Origin: a virus
Lineage: Duplodnaviria > Caudoviricetes
Reading direction: 5' to 3' (one strand)
Virus record (IMG/VR): IMGVR_UViG_3300031965_000034
Coordinates: 1 to 57,819 of that record
Length of the DNA: 57,819 nt
The notes under the pieces are model-generated. The model had not been told where the DNA came from, did no database searches, and saw only the letters and a list, made by a program, of their open reading frames with translations. Shown here piece after piece: positions 9,350 to 18,695 of the stretch; positions within the stretch are counted from its first letter, which is position 1; each line of letters starts with the position of its first letter. Made by a program: the position numbers and the translations under genes.

Positions 9350-10524
9350 CAGTGGGTAATCTCCTGGAGGTAGGCGGACCAGTCCGCAGAGGACCGGAAC
9401 CGTTTGGCTTGTGCCGGGGCAACCGGCAGGACGGAGGCGACCGGGGCAGGCGGCTCGACCGTCGCGGCGGGCGCAGGCTCCGGTAGCGGGTCGTCCGCCG
9501 TCAGGAGCGCGGAGATCGCGTCGCGGATGGACCGCAGTGACGCTTCGACAGGTTCGGAGAACGCGCGGCGTCCCTCCTTCGCGCGGAGAGAAGCGCGGAT
9601 GGTGGCGTGTTCCGTGAGGTGGACGAGTTCTTCCGCGGCCGTCTCAACGCGGACGCGGAACGGGAGATCGACCTCGGCGGGATCGGGTTCATCACCCTCA
9701 GCGCGCGCAGGCGCGGCGGGGCGGTTGGCGAGGCGGAGTGCGTCATCCAGGGTACCGATGCCATCGGCCAGACCGGCTGCGACGGCATCCTTCGCGAGCA
9801 GGACAGCACCCTGTCCGTAGTCGGAGCGGACCTTGGACTCGGGCACGCCCCGGCCCTTGGCGACGTCGCCCACGAACTGGGCATCGAATGAGTCGACACG
9901 CTTCTGCATCTCGGTTCGCGCGTCATCGGTGAGCGGCTCGAATTCGTTGCCGTCGGTTTTGTGATCGCCGGCGCTGATGATCGTGACCTTGACGCCCTCG
10001 GCATCGAGAGCGCGGCTGATGTCCACGTGGATGGCGTAGACGCCGATCGAGCCGACCTGACCCGATGGGGTGACGAGGATCTGATTCGCCTGACTGGCGA
10101 GCCAGTACGCGGCGGATGCGGCGGTAGTGTTGGCGACGGCGACGATACGCTTCGCCCCACGCGCGGCGCGGATCTCCTGTGCGAGTTCCGTGACCCCGGC
10201 CACGCCTCCGCCGGGCGAGTCGATGTCGAGGACGATGGCGCTGAATTGGGGATCCGCAGCCGCCTGACGGAGCATCCCGCGGATGTCTTCGACAGAGGAC
10301 CCGCCGAACAACTCTAGGAGGAATGACGACCGGTGCTCGATGACGCCGTGAATCGGGATGACCGCCACGGCTCCGCTGTTTCGGCGAGGCTCGGGGGGGC
10401 GGGTCGCGGCCACGATCGGCTCGCCGTTCTGGGCGTAGTTGATGAGTTGGCTGAGGACCGCGCGATCCAGCGCCCACGGCGCGGATGCGAGCCCGTCGAG
10501 GGTGAGGGCGGGAACGGTTCTCAA
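9349..10524 (-). CDS. Prohead protease, S49/SppA family
   Basis: LDIDSPGG, AASAAYWLASQA, GSIGV; likely TTG start 8 nt after GGAGG. Confidence 0.92.
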   Translation of the reverse strand: MRTVPALTLDGLASAPWALDRAVLSQLINYAQNGEPIVAATRPPEPRRNSGAVAVIPIHGVIEHRSSFLLELFGGSSVEDIRGMLRQAAADPQFSAIVLDIDSPGGGVAGVTELAQEIRAARGAKRIVAVANTTAASAAYWLASQANQILVTPSGQVGSIGVYAIHVDISRALDAEGVKVTIISAGDHKTDGNEFEPLTDDARTEMQKRVDSFDAQFVGDVAKGRGVPESKVRSDYGQGAVLLAKDAVAAGLADGIGTLDDALRLANRPAAPARAEGDEPDPAEVDLPFRVRVETAAEELVHLTEHATIRASLRAKEGRRAFSEPVEASLRSIRDAISALLTADDPLPEPAPAATVEPPAPVASVLPVAPAQAKRFRSSADWSAYLQEITH

Positions 10525-10529
10525 GAGTG

Positions 10530-10581
10530 CGGCCTCCAACTACCGCGCTCTGTGCGGACGATTCCGCGCGGGTGGAGGCCG
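10530..10581 (-). promoter_or_regulatory. Stem occluding the protease SD
   Basis: 10530-10538 pairs with 10573-10581; inner helix 10543-10548/10566-10571. Confidence 0.6.
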
Positions 10582-10639
10582 ACTGTTGGCCCGGCTCGGA
10601 CGATGACGTACTGGCCGGGTAGATATTCAGTTGTCGGGA

Positions 10640-12298
10640 TTATGCGGCCTCGATGACCGCCTTGCAATGACTATTCGTGCACGTGAATCGGTACGGCGGC
10701 GACGCCTGCTCGGCGAGCAACTTCCCGCACGCACAGCGTACCTCCGCTCCGATTCGAACCGCAGTGGCCTCGATGGTCATCGCCCGCTCGAACATCTGGG
10801 GGAACGCCCGCACGAGGTAGTGATCGGCGGGCAGGATCATGCCCTGCTCCACCGTCAGGCCAGAAGCGACGCCGGAGACCGGCCAGAATGTCTCGCGCGC
10901 CGCGCACTGCCAGCCGGGCGTAGGGAGCGTCGGGCGTAGGAGCGGCTCACTCATCTGGGCATACAGGACTGGACGGGCCTCAGCATCCTCGACCTGTCCG
11001 CCCTGAATCGGCTGGACCTGTACGGGCAGATAGCCAGCGTGCTCGAGAAGCCGGACATCACGTGAAGCCGTCGCGTTGACCACGGATGGAGGCTTGTACC
11101 CACCGTCCGTGAGAGTGCGAATCGCCTGCGCCTCCCTGGAGAACACGGCTGCCGCATCCTTGAGGTCCTCGGCGAGGAACGGAATGTGGCGGTCGTCGTA
11201 CCAGAGCTGCGCCCCACCAGGGACCGTGAGGATCGGCTGTAGCGAGCCCGACAGGTTCTGCCACAGCGGGCGGATCGTGCCATCGCCGAACTGGCGCTTG
11301 ATGGTGCTGTAGTTGCCGGCGTTGAGACTCGAACCCTGCATCCCCTCCGACAGCCCCACGATCACGGGATGGACCCGGCCCGCTGCGGCGATGATCGTCT
11401 CGTCCACACCCTGCACGGCCTTGAGGTCGAGCTCGCTCATCTTCGACCCGACCGGCGTCGCATCCGCACCCGCGCCGAGATAGGCGGTGCGGAAGGCATT
11501 GAGTGCTCCGGTGTGCTGCTGCTCAAAGATGTCGATCCACTCTGTAGCCTTGTCCTTCGGCAGGGTCGGCGGAAACTTGATCAGAAGATTGGGCGTTGCT
11601 GCGTTGGCGAAGAACTTCTCCTTGAACGTGGCCGCCGACGAATAGCTGCGAACGTGGCGGATGATCGGGGTCAGCCAGCTCATACCCCGGTACTGGGCGA
11701 GGGGATCGGGGATCGGGGCGAAGTGGGCGAATGTTCCGGGCAGGAACGTCTCGGGCTCGGCCGAAGACAAAGGCCCGCCGGGCTGGTAAACGAGGCCCAG
11801 CACTTCGGCATCCACGTCGTTCGGATCATTCTCGGCATCGCGGTTGCGCGTGCCCATGACGAGGTAGCACCAGTGGGGGAAGAGACGCTTGATGCGATCC
11901 TTCCGGCGTACGGCGAACCAGTTGCCAGCGAGGTCCGCATCGCCGATGACTCGTGTCAGCAGGTCGTTGGTGGTCTTCGTGGGCTCGGGCTTTTCGAGGA
12001 TCGATAGCTCAGCGGTGCCGAACAAGTCGCCCGGCTGACCTCCCCGGAGCTGTTGCCACTGGAACCGTGCCTGGTTGAACAGCATCATCCGGGCGACCAT
12101 GCAGGCGAATACGACGCCATTGGCGCGATAGGCTCCTTGCACGAGGCCCATGAAGTCCCCCCCGACCTCCTCGCGGTCAGGGTTCATCGTCATGCTGAAA
12201 GACAGACCCGCGTTGCGGAGCATCTCGACGTAATCGTCGATGGTGTAGGTCTCCGCGTGCATCGACGGTTGAGTAATGAGGGAGCGGATCAGGCTCAT
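10640..12298 (-). CDS. Portal protein (HK97-type) with C-terminal extension ending in a Com-like zinc ribbon
   Basis: VVFACM, GMSWLTP, FFANAATP motifs; C-terminal VRCACGKLLAE...FTCTNSHC. Confidence 0.93.
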   Translation of the reverse strand: MSLIRSLITQPSMHAETYTIDDYVEMLRNAGLSFSMTMNPDREEVGGDFMGLVQGAYRANGVVFACMVARMMLFNQARFQWQQLRGGQPGDLFGTAELSILEKPEPTKTTNDLLTRVIGDADLAGNWFAVRRKDRIKRLFPHWCYLVMGTRNRDAENDPNDVDAEVLGLVYQPGGPLSSAEPETFLPGTFAHFAPIPDPLAQYRGMSWLTPIIRHVRSYSSAATFKEKFFANAATPNLLIKFPPTLPKDKATEWIDIFEQQHTGALNAFRTAYLGAGADATPVGSKMSELDLKAVQGVDETIIAAAGRVHPVIVGLSEGMQGSSLNAGNYSTIKRQFGDGTIRPLWQNLSGSLQPILTVPGGAQLWYDDRHIPFLAEDLKDAAAVFSREAQAIRTLTDGGYKPPSVVNATASRDVRLLEHAGYLPVQVQPIQGGQVEDAEARPVLYAQMSEPLLRPTLPTPGWQCAARETFWPVSGVASGLTVEQGMILPADHYLVRAFPQMFERAMTIEATAVRIGAEVRCACGKLLAEQASPPYRFTCTNSHCKAVIEAA

Positions 12299-12465
12299 CG
12301 TCGCCACCTAATATCAACAGCCGACAAGATGATCGTGAGTCCGGCGAGGATGCCGGCCCAGCGCCAGTCGAAGGTCGCCACGAACACGACGACGATGGCC
12401 GCGCCGATGAGAATCACGAGCGACTCGATCTGGCGAGGCGCCAGGCGCGATCGGTTCAACATCAT
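12295..12465 (-). CDS. Small two-TM membrane protein
   Basis: Read by hand: MMLNRSRLAPRQIESLVILIGAAIVVVFVATFDWRWAGILAGLTIILSAVDIRWRR; ATGA-coupled on both sides. Confidence 0.7.
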   Translation of the reverse strand: MMLNRSRLAPRQIESLVILIGAAIVVVFVATFDWRWAGILAGLTIILSAVDIRWRR

Positions 12466-13961
12466 CGCGCGCGTCCCATGATGATGAACGGCTCCGGCTC
12501 AGGCGGCGCGGTCGCGTAGAACTTCGCCCGATCGAACGCAAGCACCGCCGCGACCGCGAGGTCGATCTTTCGCATGGAGTTCTTCGACTCCTTGACGATA
12601 CGCGGGCCATACCGGTCTTCTTTGACCACGGCGTTCGCAATGTGCTGAGTCAGGACCGCCGACCCATCGTGGGCCAGCGCCTTATCGATGACCGCGGTAT
12701 AGAACTCCTGGCACGCCGGCACCATCCGCACGCGGGAGTTGGTCGGCCACTCGACCACCGGGAAGCCCTCATTCTCGAGCCGCGCATAGAAGTCCTGGTA
12801 GCGGGCCGGATCGAACGCAAGCTCGCGCACCGTGAACGTGGCGAAGACGGAGCGGATGCGCGTCTCGATCTCCTCCATGTCCACGTGCCCACCTTCAGGT
12901 GGGTACCAGTGACCGAGCACGAACAGATACGGATGGTTGATCGTGCAACCGACAAGAGCCGTCGAGTCATTCGACCAGGCCCCATCGAAGCCGAGCACGA
13001 TCGGCTCATCAGGAGCGACCGGCCGCGGCTGCGCGCAGGCGTCCCAAGTCCCGAAGGGAAGCCATGCCTGCGAGGTCTGTGTCCACTGGTTCAGGAAGTA
13101 GCGGCGGAACACGGCCTCGGGCTTGCGTAGCTGATCCTCGAAGAACTCGGAATGAACCGTCGTGCCGAAGCTCGGATTGGCGGTCTCCCAGACGGCTGGG
13201 TCGCGATAGTCCGCATCCTGCGGCGCCTCTTGGACCCATGCGAAGTACGTCGGATCCTCGAGCGAGCCGTCCAGGATGCTCTTGGCCGTCACGTACTGGC
13301 GCCAACAGACCGTCTCCCGGTCGAAGCCGGCCGTGGTGATCTGCACGACCATCGGCTGGCGCCGTGCCCCGGTACCGTTCGTCAGGACGTTCCAGACGTT
13401 CTCGCCACGGGGCCCCGTCCACTCGTGCAGCTCGTCGCAGATGACGGCATGGATGTTCTTGCCGTCGTTCGTTCCGGCGACTGCCGCCACTCGCAGAAGC
13501 CGCGCACCCGGCACGGATGGCACGAGGATCTCGCGATCGAAGCATTCAGTGACGAGGCTCAACGTTGGCGACAGTTCGCACATCTTGCGAGCGGCGCCGA
13601 ACACGAGATCGGCCTGGTCATCGGAAGCCGCCGAGCACACGACCAGCGGACTCGGCTCGCCATCGCCGATCAGGAAGTACAGCGCGAGCGCCGCTGCGAG
13701 CTCCGTCTTGCCGTTCTTCTTCGGAACGCTGATGTAGGCCCAGCGATAACGCCGCAGCCCGGTCTCCCGGACCTCGAACATGCTCTTGATGAGATCCCGT
13801 TGCCAGGGCAACAGGACGAAGGGCTGCCCAATCCACTCGCCGTTCGTGAACCGGCAATGCTTCTCGATCCAGGCGATGACCTCGAAGCCCTTGGTTCGTC
13901 GACGCGACGTGATCTCGCCGGGCGGCGGGGTGATGATCGTGGTGGGCGGGGGAGCGATCAT
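12462..13961 (-). CDS. terL: Terminase large subunit
   Basis: VPKKNGKT Walker A, ICDELHE Walker B, ITTAG, LGFDGA and KIDLAVA nuclease motifs. Confidence 0.97.
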   Translation of the reverse strand: MIAPPPTTIITPPPGEITSRRRTKGFEVIAWIEKHCRFTNGEWIGQPFVLLPWQRDLIKSMFEVRETGLRRYRWAYISVPKKNGKTELAAALALYFLIGDGEPSPLVVCSAASDDQADLVFGAARKMCELSPTLSLVTECFDREILVPSVPGARLLRVAAVAGTNDGKNIHAVICDELHEWTGPRGENVWNVLTNGTGARRQPMVVQITTAGFDRETVCWRQYVTAKSILDGSLEDPTYFAWVQEAPQDADYRDPAVWETANPSFGTTVHSEFFEDQLRKPEAVFRRYFLNQWTQTSQAWLPFGTWDACAQPRPVAPDEPIVLGFDGAWSNDSTALVGCTINHPYLFVLGHWYPPEGGHVDMEEIETRIRSVFATFTVRELAFDPARYQDFYARLENEGFPVVEWPTNSRVRMVPACQEFYTAVIDKALAHDGSAVLTQHIANAVVKEDRYGPRIVKESKNSMRKIDLAVAAVLAFDRAKFYATAPPEPEPFIIMGRAR

Positions 13962-14455
13962 GCTGGCTCCCACTCATCATCGTCATGACCGACCGTCAGG
14001 TCATCGTCGTCGATCATCTGGTTGAGGCGAGCGGCAGTGAGCTGTACCTGCCCGAATGTCAGACCGAGGTGCAGCCGGCTCTGCGGGTCCATGCCGAACG
14101 CCCGCTCGAGCCGTGAGATCGTCGCCTCGAGCCCCGACACGTAGGACGCCAGGGGCGAGAGGACCGGCTGCCCCGTGGAGCCCTTGACCAGCCTGACCTT
14201 ACGGAGCGCAGGCAACGTCCGCTCGTACTCGTCGACCGCCTTTATCCAGCGGGTGAGTGCGTGCATGTCGCTCCGCCGATCGACCGCCCGCGCCACATCG
14301 GATTGCCAGAACTCGGTCCATAGCTTCTGCGACACCTGGAGCAGTCCGGCCGGCGCCGGGGGTGGCTCGATGCCCTGCCCGGCGATAAGCGCCAGTGACG
14401 GACGCGACCGATGACCCTGCCTGGTGAGGGCTGACTTCATGGGCGAGCCGGCCAT
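13958..14455 (-). CDS. terS: Terminase small subunit (P27-like)
   Basis: GSTGQPVLSP...FGMDPQSR; directly upstream of terL. Confidence 0.85.
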   Translation of the reverse strand: MAGSPMKSALTRQGHRSRPSLALIAGQGIEPPPAPAGLLQVSQKLWTEFWQSDVARAVDRRSDMHALTRWIKAVDEYERTLPALRKVRLVKGSTGQPVLSPLASYVSGLEATISRLERAFGMDPQSRLHLGLTFGQVQLTAARLNQMIDDDDLTVGHDDDEWEPA

Positions 14456-14465
14456 CAGGAGGACC

Positions 14466-14494
14466 TTGCCAACATGGCCGACAGCGTGTAGACT
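14466..14494 (+). promoter_or_regulatory. Sigma70-type promoter of the rightward gene at 14503
   Basis: TTGCCA-17 nt-TAGACT; spacer nearly identical to the 17771 promoter. Confidence 0.6.
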
Positions 14495-14502
14495 TGGGGA
14501 GC

Positions 14503-14928
14503 ATGAACAGCTACAACGGGTTCACACCCAACCAGCGCATCAAGGCGCTCCGGTGGCTCAATGAGGAGTACGCCCAGGGCCGGCGGACGCGACCCACGTC
14601 CTGCGACGTGTGCGGCCAGACCCGCGGCCACCTCGAGGCCCACTCGGAGGACTACTCCGGGCCGCCCTTCGGCGACAACATCGGGGCCTTCGGGCTGTGC
14701 TACCGCTGCCATATGATGATCCACTGCCGCTTCTCGAACCCGTGGGCCTTTGAGCGGTACGTGCAATCGCTGGAGCTGGGCCAGGTCTGGCCGCCAATCG
14801 GCCGAAGCTGGCCGACCATCCAGGCGATGCTCAACGGACCCGCGCAGGATCCGCCCCTCGACGAGCGCGCCGGCGGGGACCCGGGCCTGTTGCGGGCGAT
14901 TGCGGCGGGTCACTACCGGCCTCGGTAG
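14503..14928 (+). CDS. HNH-like zinc-binding protein (moron)
   Basis: CDVCG...AHSEDYS...LCYRCHMMIH; has its own promoter. Confidence 0.7.
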   Translation: MNSYNGFTPNQRIKALRWLNEEYAQGRRTRPTSCDVCGQTRGHLEAHSEDYSGPPFGDNIGAFGLCYRCHMMIHCRFSNPWAFERYVQSLELGQVWPPIGRSWPTIQAMLNGPAQDPPLDERAGGDPGLLRAIAAGHYRPR

Positions 14929-15293
14929 AAGACCAGCCGGGAGACGCCCGGCCGGGTCTCTTTGATGAGGTCGAACCCGCGCCCCTGGTAGAACGCCGGC
15001 GAGTAGGCGAGGACCTCCACCGTCAGGTCGTCTGGCGCCGCGGCAATGACAGCCTCGGTGAGCTCCGTCCCGATCCCGTCCCCGCGGTACGCGCGGGGGA
15101 CGAAGACGCCTTTGACCCGGGCCATCTTGCCGACCCGGATGAGCCCGGCGACCCCGACCATGACGTCACCTCGGAAGGCGGCCCACCATGTCGTATTCGA
15201 CGTGGGTCCCAGGGCGACATGATCCCGCGCGGCCGCGCTGCGCCACTTGGCGACGACCTCGTACTCGACCTTCTTGATCTTGAGCTTAGGCAT
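14913..15293 (-). CDS. GNAT family acetyltransferase
   Basis: VFVPRAYRGDGIGTEL acetyl-CoA motif A; FYQGRGF. Confidence 0.85.
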   Translation of the reverse strand: MPKLKIKKVEYEVVAKWRSAAARDHVALGPTSNTTWWAAFRGDVMVGVAGLIRVGKMARVKGVFVPRAYRGDGIGTELTEAVIAAAPDDLTVEVLAYSPAFYQGRGFDLIKETRPGVSRLVFYRGR

Positions 15294-15846
15294 CGGCCTT
15301 CACCTCCTGCGGAACCCATGCCTTTGAGTAGGACCAGCTCGCGATGTCGCGGGCCTTGAAGACGTCGTCCTGGTAGAGCAGGTCGACCTCGGCGCGAGTC
15401 GCGCCGATCAGCCGGGCCACCTCGTCGGGCTCGATGCCGCCCTCGTCGATGACCGACTTGACCAGCTCGGACAGTCGGATCGCGACATGCGTTCCCTTGG
15501 CGCGGTTGATCCGAACGGTGAGCATCTTGGCCTCGGCCTCGGGGATGTCGAGGACGGCGCACGGCACCCGGCCGGCGTACTTCGCGCGGAGTGCCTTCGA
15601 CGACCGGGCCAGCATCCAGCGGTTGAAGCCGTCGATGATGAGGTCGTCGCGAGAGATCAGGAGCGGCTGGACCCAGCCGTTCTCCAAGATGCTCGTCTCG
15701 AGGAGACGCAGCTCGGGGGTATGGACGACGTTCGGATTCCAGCCGTTGGCGATCAGGTCGTCCGCGTCGCGCCAGACGATCGCATCGATGGGGTCCGTTT
15801 TATGCACCGGGAGCGGAGCCGCCTGAGTCAAGCGTGAACGGCTCAT
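15286..15846 (-). CDS. ParB/Srx-domain protein (IbrB-like)
   Basis: ANGWNPN, SILENGWVQP, IIDGFNR, TVRINRAKGTH. Confidence 0.85.
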   Translation of the reverse strand: MSRSRLTQAAPLPVHKTDPIDAIVWRDADDLIANGWNPNVVHTPELRLLETSILENGWVQPLLISRDDLIIDGFNRWMLARSSKALRAKYAGRVPCAVLDIPEAEAKMLTVRINRAKGTHVAIRLSELVKSVIDEGGIEPDEVARLIGATRAEVDLLYQDDVFKARDIASWSYSKAWVPQEVKADA

Positions 15847-16037
15847 GAGGCCCTCACGCTGCCGTGAGGGAGGGCGATCCGCTCACCCATGCCCGTACAC
15901 TCGTTTCCCGTCGAGACGGCGTGACGGTACCTCTCGGCAGAAATGGCATGTTGAATGCACAAACGGGTCACGTTGTCAACCCCCTGAGCCCCGAATCCGG
16001 CTGTATATTTCGCAGCGGATTTATGCAGTCCGGTCAT
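15843..16037 (-). CDS. Small hypothetical protein
   Basis: ATGA-coupled on both sides; lower GC than flanks. Confidence 0.4.
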   Translation of the reverse strand: MTGLHKSAAKYTAGFGAQGVDNVTRLCIQHAISAERYRHAVSTGNECTGMGERIALPHGSVRAS

Positions 16038-17128
16038 GCCGCGACGCCCGCTTTCTTCGGTTGCAGCATCCGCTTGAAGCTGCCATTCATGAACTGACTG
16101 AGGACGTACTCCGGCGGCCAGACCTCCGGTCGCTTGCTCGCCAATCGCTCCACCTGGTCGAGCCGGCTGAGCGCCAGGTCGAGCGAGTGCGGATCGTCGA
16201 TGCTGTCGAGGACCCACTGGCGCACGCCGTCGAGTGACATGCCGTAGCGGCGGGTCATCGCCTTGCGATCGAGCTCTGACCAGTAGCGTTCCTGGAGGAG
16301 CATCTCGGGCCAGAGCGCGATGCACCCGGCGTACAGGTCGGGCTCCGTCTCGCGCAGCTTGCCGAAGTGCTTGGCGGCCTCCGCGTGGAGCGGGGTGGAG
16401 ACGCGCAGCCCGACCCCGGCGAGATGCTGCGAGTCATAGGCGGGCGCGTAGTCGAGCTCGTGCTCCCAGATGTAGCGGAGCACGTCGTTCTCCATCCAGT
16501 CGTAGATCGGCTTGACCAGACTGACGTTCGGGGCGGCGTATCGCTTGCCGCCGGTGACGCCCTGGAGGAGGGACCCCGACGCGGTGATGTAGTTCTCGTT
16601 CAGCTTGTTGACCGAGGCCCGGTAGCGGACCAGGGACTCGGACGCGCGGATGCCGGTGACCGCCGCGATCCGGCCGCGGAAGTAGCGCGACAGGATGTAG
16701 TCCATCTGGTACTGCGAGTAGATCGTGCCGGGCGGATCGCCGACGTCAGTGATCGCCCACTCGGGCAGCTTGCGGACGTGCTCGCGGGCCGGATCCCACT
16801 GGACGTACTCGCGCACGGACCCCAGGACGAAGAGGCTCGAGCGGAGCGGCACGCCGAACCAGAGGAGTTTGACCCAGTCCTGCTGTCGGTAGTGGTCTAC
16901 GAGCCGGATGACCGAGTCCGGGATCAGTTCCTCATCGCGGAAGACGACGTTGACCGGCAGGGCGCCATATTCCTCGGCGATCTCGCGGACCAGGTGCATC
17001 GTCACGAGGCTGTCCTTGCCGCCGGAGAACATGACGACGACGGTGTCGAACACGTCGTAGACGTGGCGCAGCCGCGCGCGCGCCTCGGTCAGCACGTCAC
17101 TGTCGATGTAGAGTTTCTGCCGGCTCAT
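16034..17128 (-). CDS. PAPS-reductase-like PP-loop protein (IbrA/DUF3440-like)
   Basis: FSGGKDS PP-loop, FRDEE, TGIRASES, KPIYDW, LRVSTPLHAE. Confidence 0.88.
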   Translation of the reverse strand: MSRQKLYIDSDVLTEARARLRHVYDVFDTVVVMFSGGKDSLVTMHLVREIAEEYGALPVNVVFRDEELIPDSVIRLVDHYRQQDWVKLLWFGVPLRSSLFVLGSVREYVQWDPAREHVRKLPEWAITDVGDPPGTIYSQYQMDYILSRYFRGRIAAVTGIRASESLVRYRASVNKLNENYITASGSLLQGVTGGKRYAAPNVSLVKPIYDWMENDVLRYIWEHELDYAPAYDSQHLAGVGLRVSTPLHAEAAKHFGKLRETEPDLYAGCIALWPEMLLQERYWSELDRKAMTRRYGMSLDGVRQWVLDSIDDPHSLDLALSRLDQVERLASKRPEVWPPEYVLSQFMNGSFKRMLQPKKAGVAA

Positions 17129-17736
17129 GCTTCCTGCTCCGCCAGGAACAGCGCGATACGGAAGGCGTGCGTCTGGTCGCCCTGATCGGGGTATCGCTTG
17201 CGGAGCGCCTTGAGCCAGCGCGTCCAGAGATCCTGCTGCGTCTCGTCGTCGAAGATCAGGACGTACTGGATGATCGGATTGCCGCCGTCCGACTTCCATT
17301 CAAGGTGCTTGAGCAACTCGTCGACATCCTCGCCGTCGTACCCGGTCCCGGCGAGGTCGTCGTCGACAGCCATCTCGCGGAGCATCGCCGCCAGCTCGTC
17401 CTGGTCGTAGGTCCCGAGGTCGGCCGTCCGGTTGTCCGCGATCATGAACGCCTTGGCGTCGCGATCGGTCATGTCGACGACGTTCGCGGCGATCTCCGTC
17501 CAGCCGAGGCCCACGGCCGCCCGGTAGAGGTGATTGCCGGCAACGACGTTCCCGGTCGACTTCTGGACCACGATCGGCTTCTGCTGGCCGAACCGGCGGA
17601 GGCTTTCGCTGATCGCACCGACGTCGCCCTCCCTGGGATTGCGCGGGCTGGGCTGGATGCTCTCGATCGGCACTACGAGCCCGGCCAGGCTCGAGGCGAT
17701 CCGCCCGCCGTCCTCCGTGCGCGTCTTCACCGTCAT
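17125..17736 (-). CDS. ParB N-terminal domain protein
   Basis: PRNPR, SLRRFGQQKPIVV, VAGNH, IADNRTAD. Confidence 0.88.
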   Translation of the reverse strand: MTVKTRTEDGGRIASSLAGLVVPIESIQPSPRNPREGDVGAISESLRRFGQQKPIVVQKSTGNVVAGNHLYRAAVGLGWTEIAANVVDMTDRDAKAFMIADNRTADLGTYDQDELAAMLREMAVDDDLAGTGYDGEDVDELLKHLEWKSDGGNPIIQYVLIFDDETQQDLWTRWLKALRKRYPDQGDQTHAFRIALFLAEQEA

Positions 17737-17770
17737 GCCGAAATACCCTCCGGCAGTCGTCCGAATATGC

Positions 17771-17799
17771 TTGACAATCTGGCCGACGGCGTGTAGATT
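17771..17799 (+). promoter_or_regulatory. Near-consensus sigma70 promoter of the rightward island
   Basis: TTGACA-17 nt-TAGATT, then AAGGAGG and ATG 17822. Confidence 0.8.
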
Positions 17800-17821
17800 G
17801 TAGGTACACAAGGAGGCCCCA

Positions 17822-18103
17822 ATGACCGAGCACCAGGTAACCCGAATCCGAAACCAGCATGGTCCAAAGGCCACATGCGGCGTGCCGCAGTGTGGCCGTG
17901 CCGTTCAATGGGATGTGATGGGTGATCGGTGGCTGCACACCTACACCGTGGCCCAGCACCAGGCCAACCAGGCGCAAGCGGTGGAATCAATCGTTGAACT
18001 GATGCGCGGCCTGGCCGCCTCGTTGCAGCCCCTACGGGCAGGCGCACCCAGCCCGGATCAGGTTGAAACGTACCTCCGTGGCCGCGGCCCGCTGCCGCGC
18101 TAA
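17822..18103 (+). CDS. Hypothetical zinc-binding protein
   Basis: Strong RBS; CGVPQC...WLH. Confidence 0.75.
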   Translation: MTEHQVTRIRNQHGPKATCGVPQCGRAVQWDVMGDRWLHTYTVAQHQANQAQAVESIVELMRGLAASLQPLRAGAPSPDQVETYLRGRGPLPR

Positions 18104-18131
18104 TCCCCGCCAGTCCTGAAAGGGGCACACC

Positions 18132-18473
18132 ATGATTCAGACCCAGCCAACCCCCCGCACTAAGCCCGGCCTTACGCCGAGCCTGCTGAACCCGGCCTGG
18201 ACGGCCGGCCGCGAGACCCCGGTCCAGGGGCTCTATGCGGTGGTGACCCTGGACGGCCTGACCGCCGAAGTCTCCAAGATGGCCGGTGAGACGGCCTGGA
18301 CGATCGACGCGCTGTGGAGCGCCCACGGCGGCCCGATCTTCTCGAACGGCTACGGCGCCCGCTACCTGATGACCCGGAAGCTGGCCGCCGACGTGGCGCG
18401 CGAGCTGGACGCGGCGACTCCGCGCTGGCGCCCGGTTGCCAAGGACTACACGAACGCGGCCGCGGGGATCTGA
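18132..18473 (+). CDS. Hypothetical protein
   Basis: AAGGGG RBS; coding-like codon bias. Confidence 0.75.
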   Translation: MIQTQPTPRTKPGLTPSLLNPAWTAGRETPVQGLYAVVTLDGLTAEVSKMAGETAWTIDALWSAHGGPIFSNGYGARYLMTRKLAADVARELDAATPRWRPVAKDYTNAAAGI

Positions 18474-18476
18474 ACG

Positions 18477-18692
18477 ATGACCACCCCGACCTGCCGCGGA
18501 AACCTGGCCCACCAGAGCCGGCCCGCCGTTGCCCGAGTCTGGTTCTACGAGCCGCAGGGGACCCCGATCGACACGACCGGGATGCCGGTCTGCAAGGCGT
18601 GCTCGAAGGAGATGCTGGCCTGGATGAAGGACGGAACCGTGAACTGCGTTGGGCAATACCCGACGGCCCATTACCCGATCGAGAGGAGCTGA
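18477..18692 (+). CDS. Small hypothetical protein (CxxC)
   Basis: Tightly packed in operon. Confidence 0.65.
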   Translation: MTTPTCRGNLAHQSRPAVARVWFYEPQGTPIDTTGMPVCKACSKEMLAWMKDGTVNCVGQYPTAHYPIERS

Positions 18693-18695
18693 GCG

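Noticed and set aside
1645-16050. Many proteins ending in EVAA, GVAA or VPA as a degradation-tag family
   Set aside because: Explained by the overlapping SD plus ATGA/GTGA translational coupling sequence
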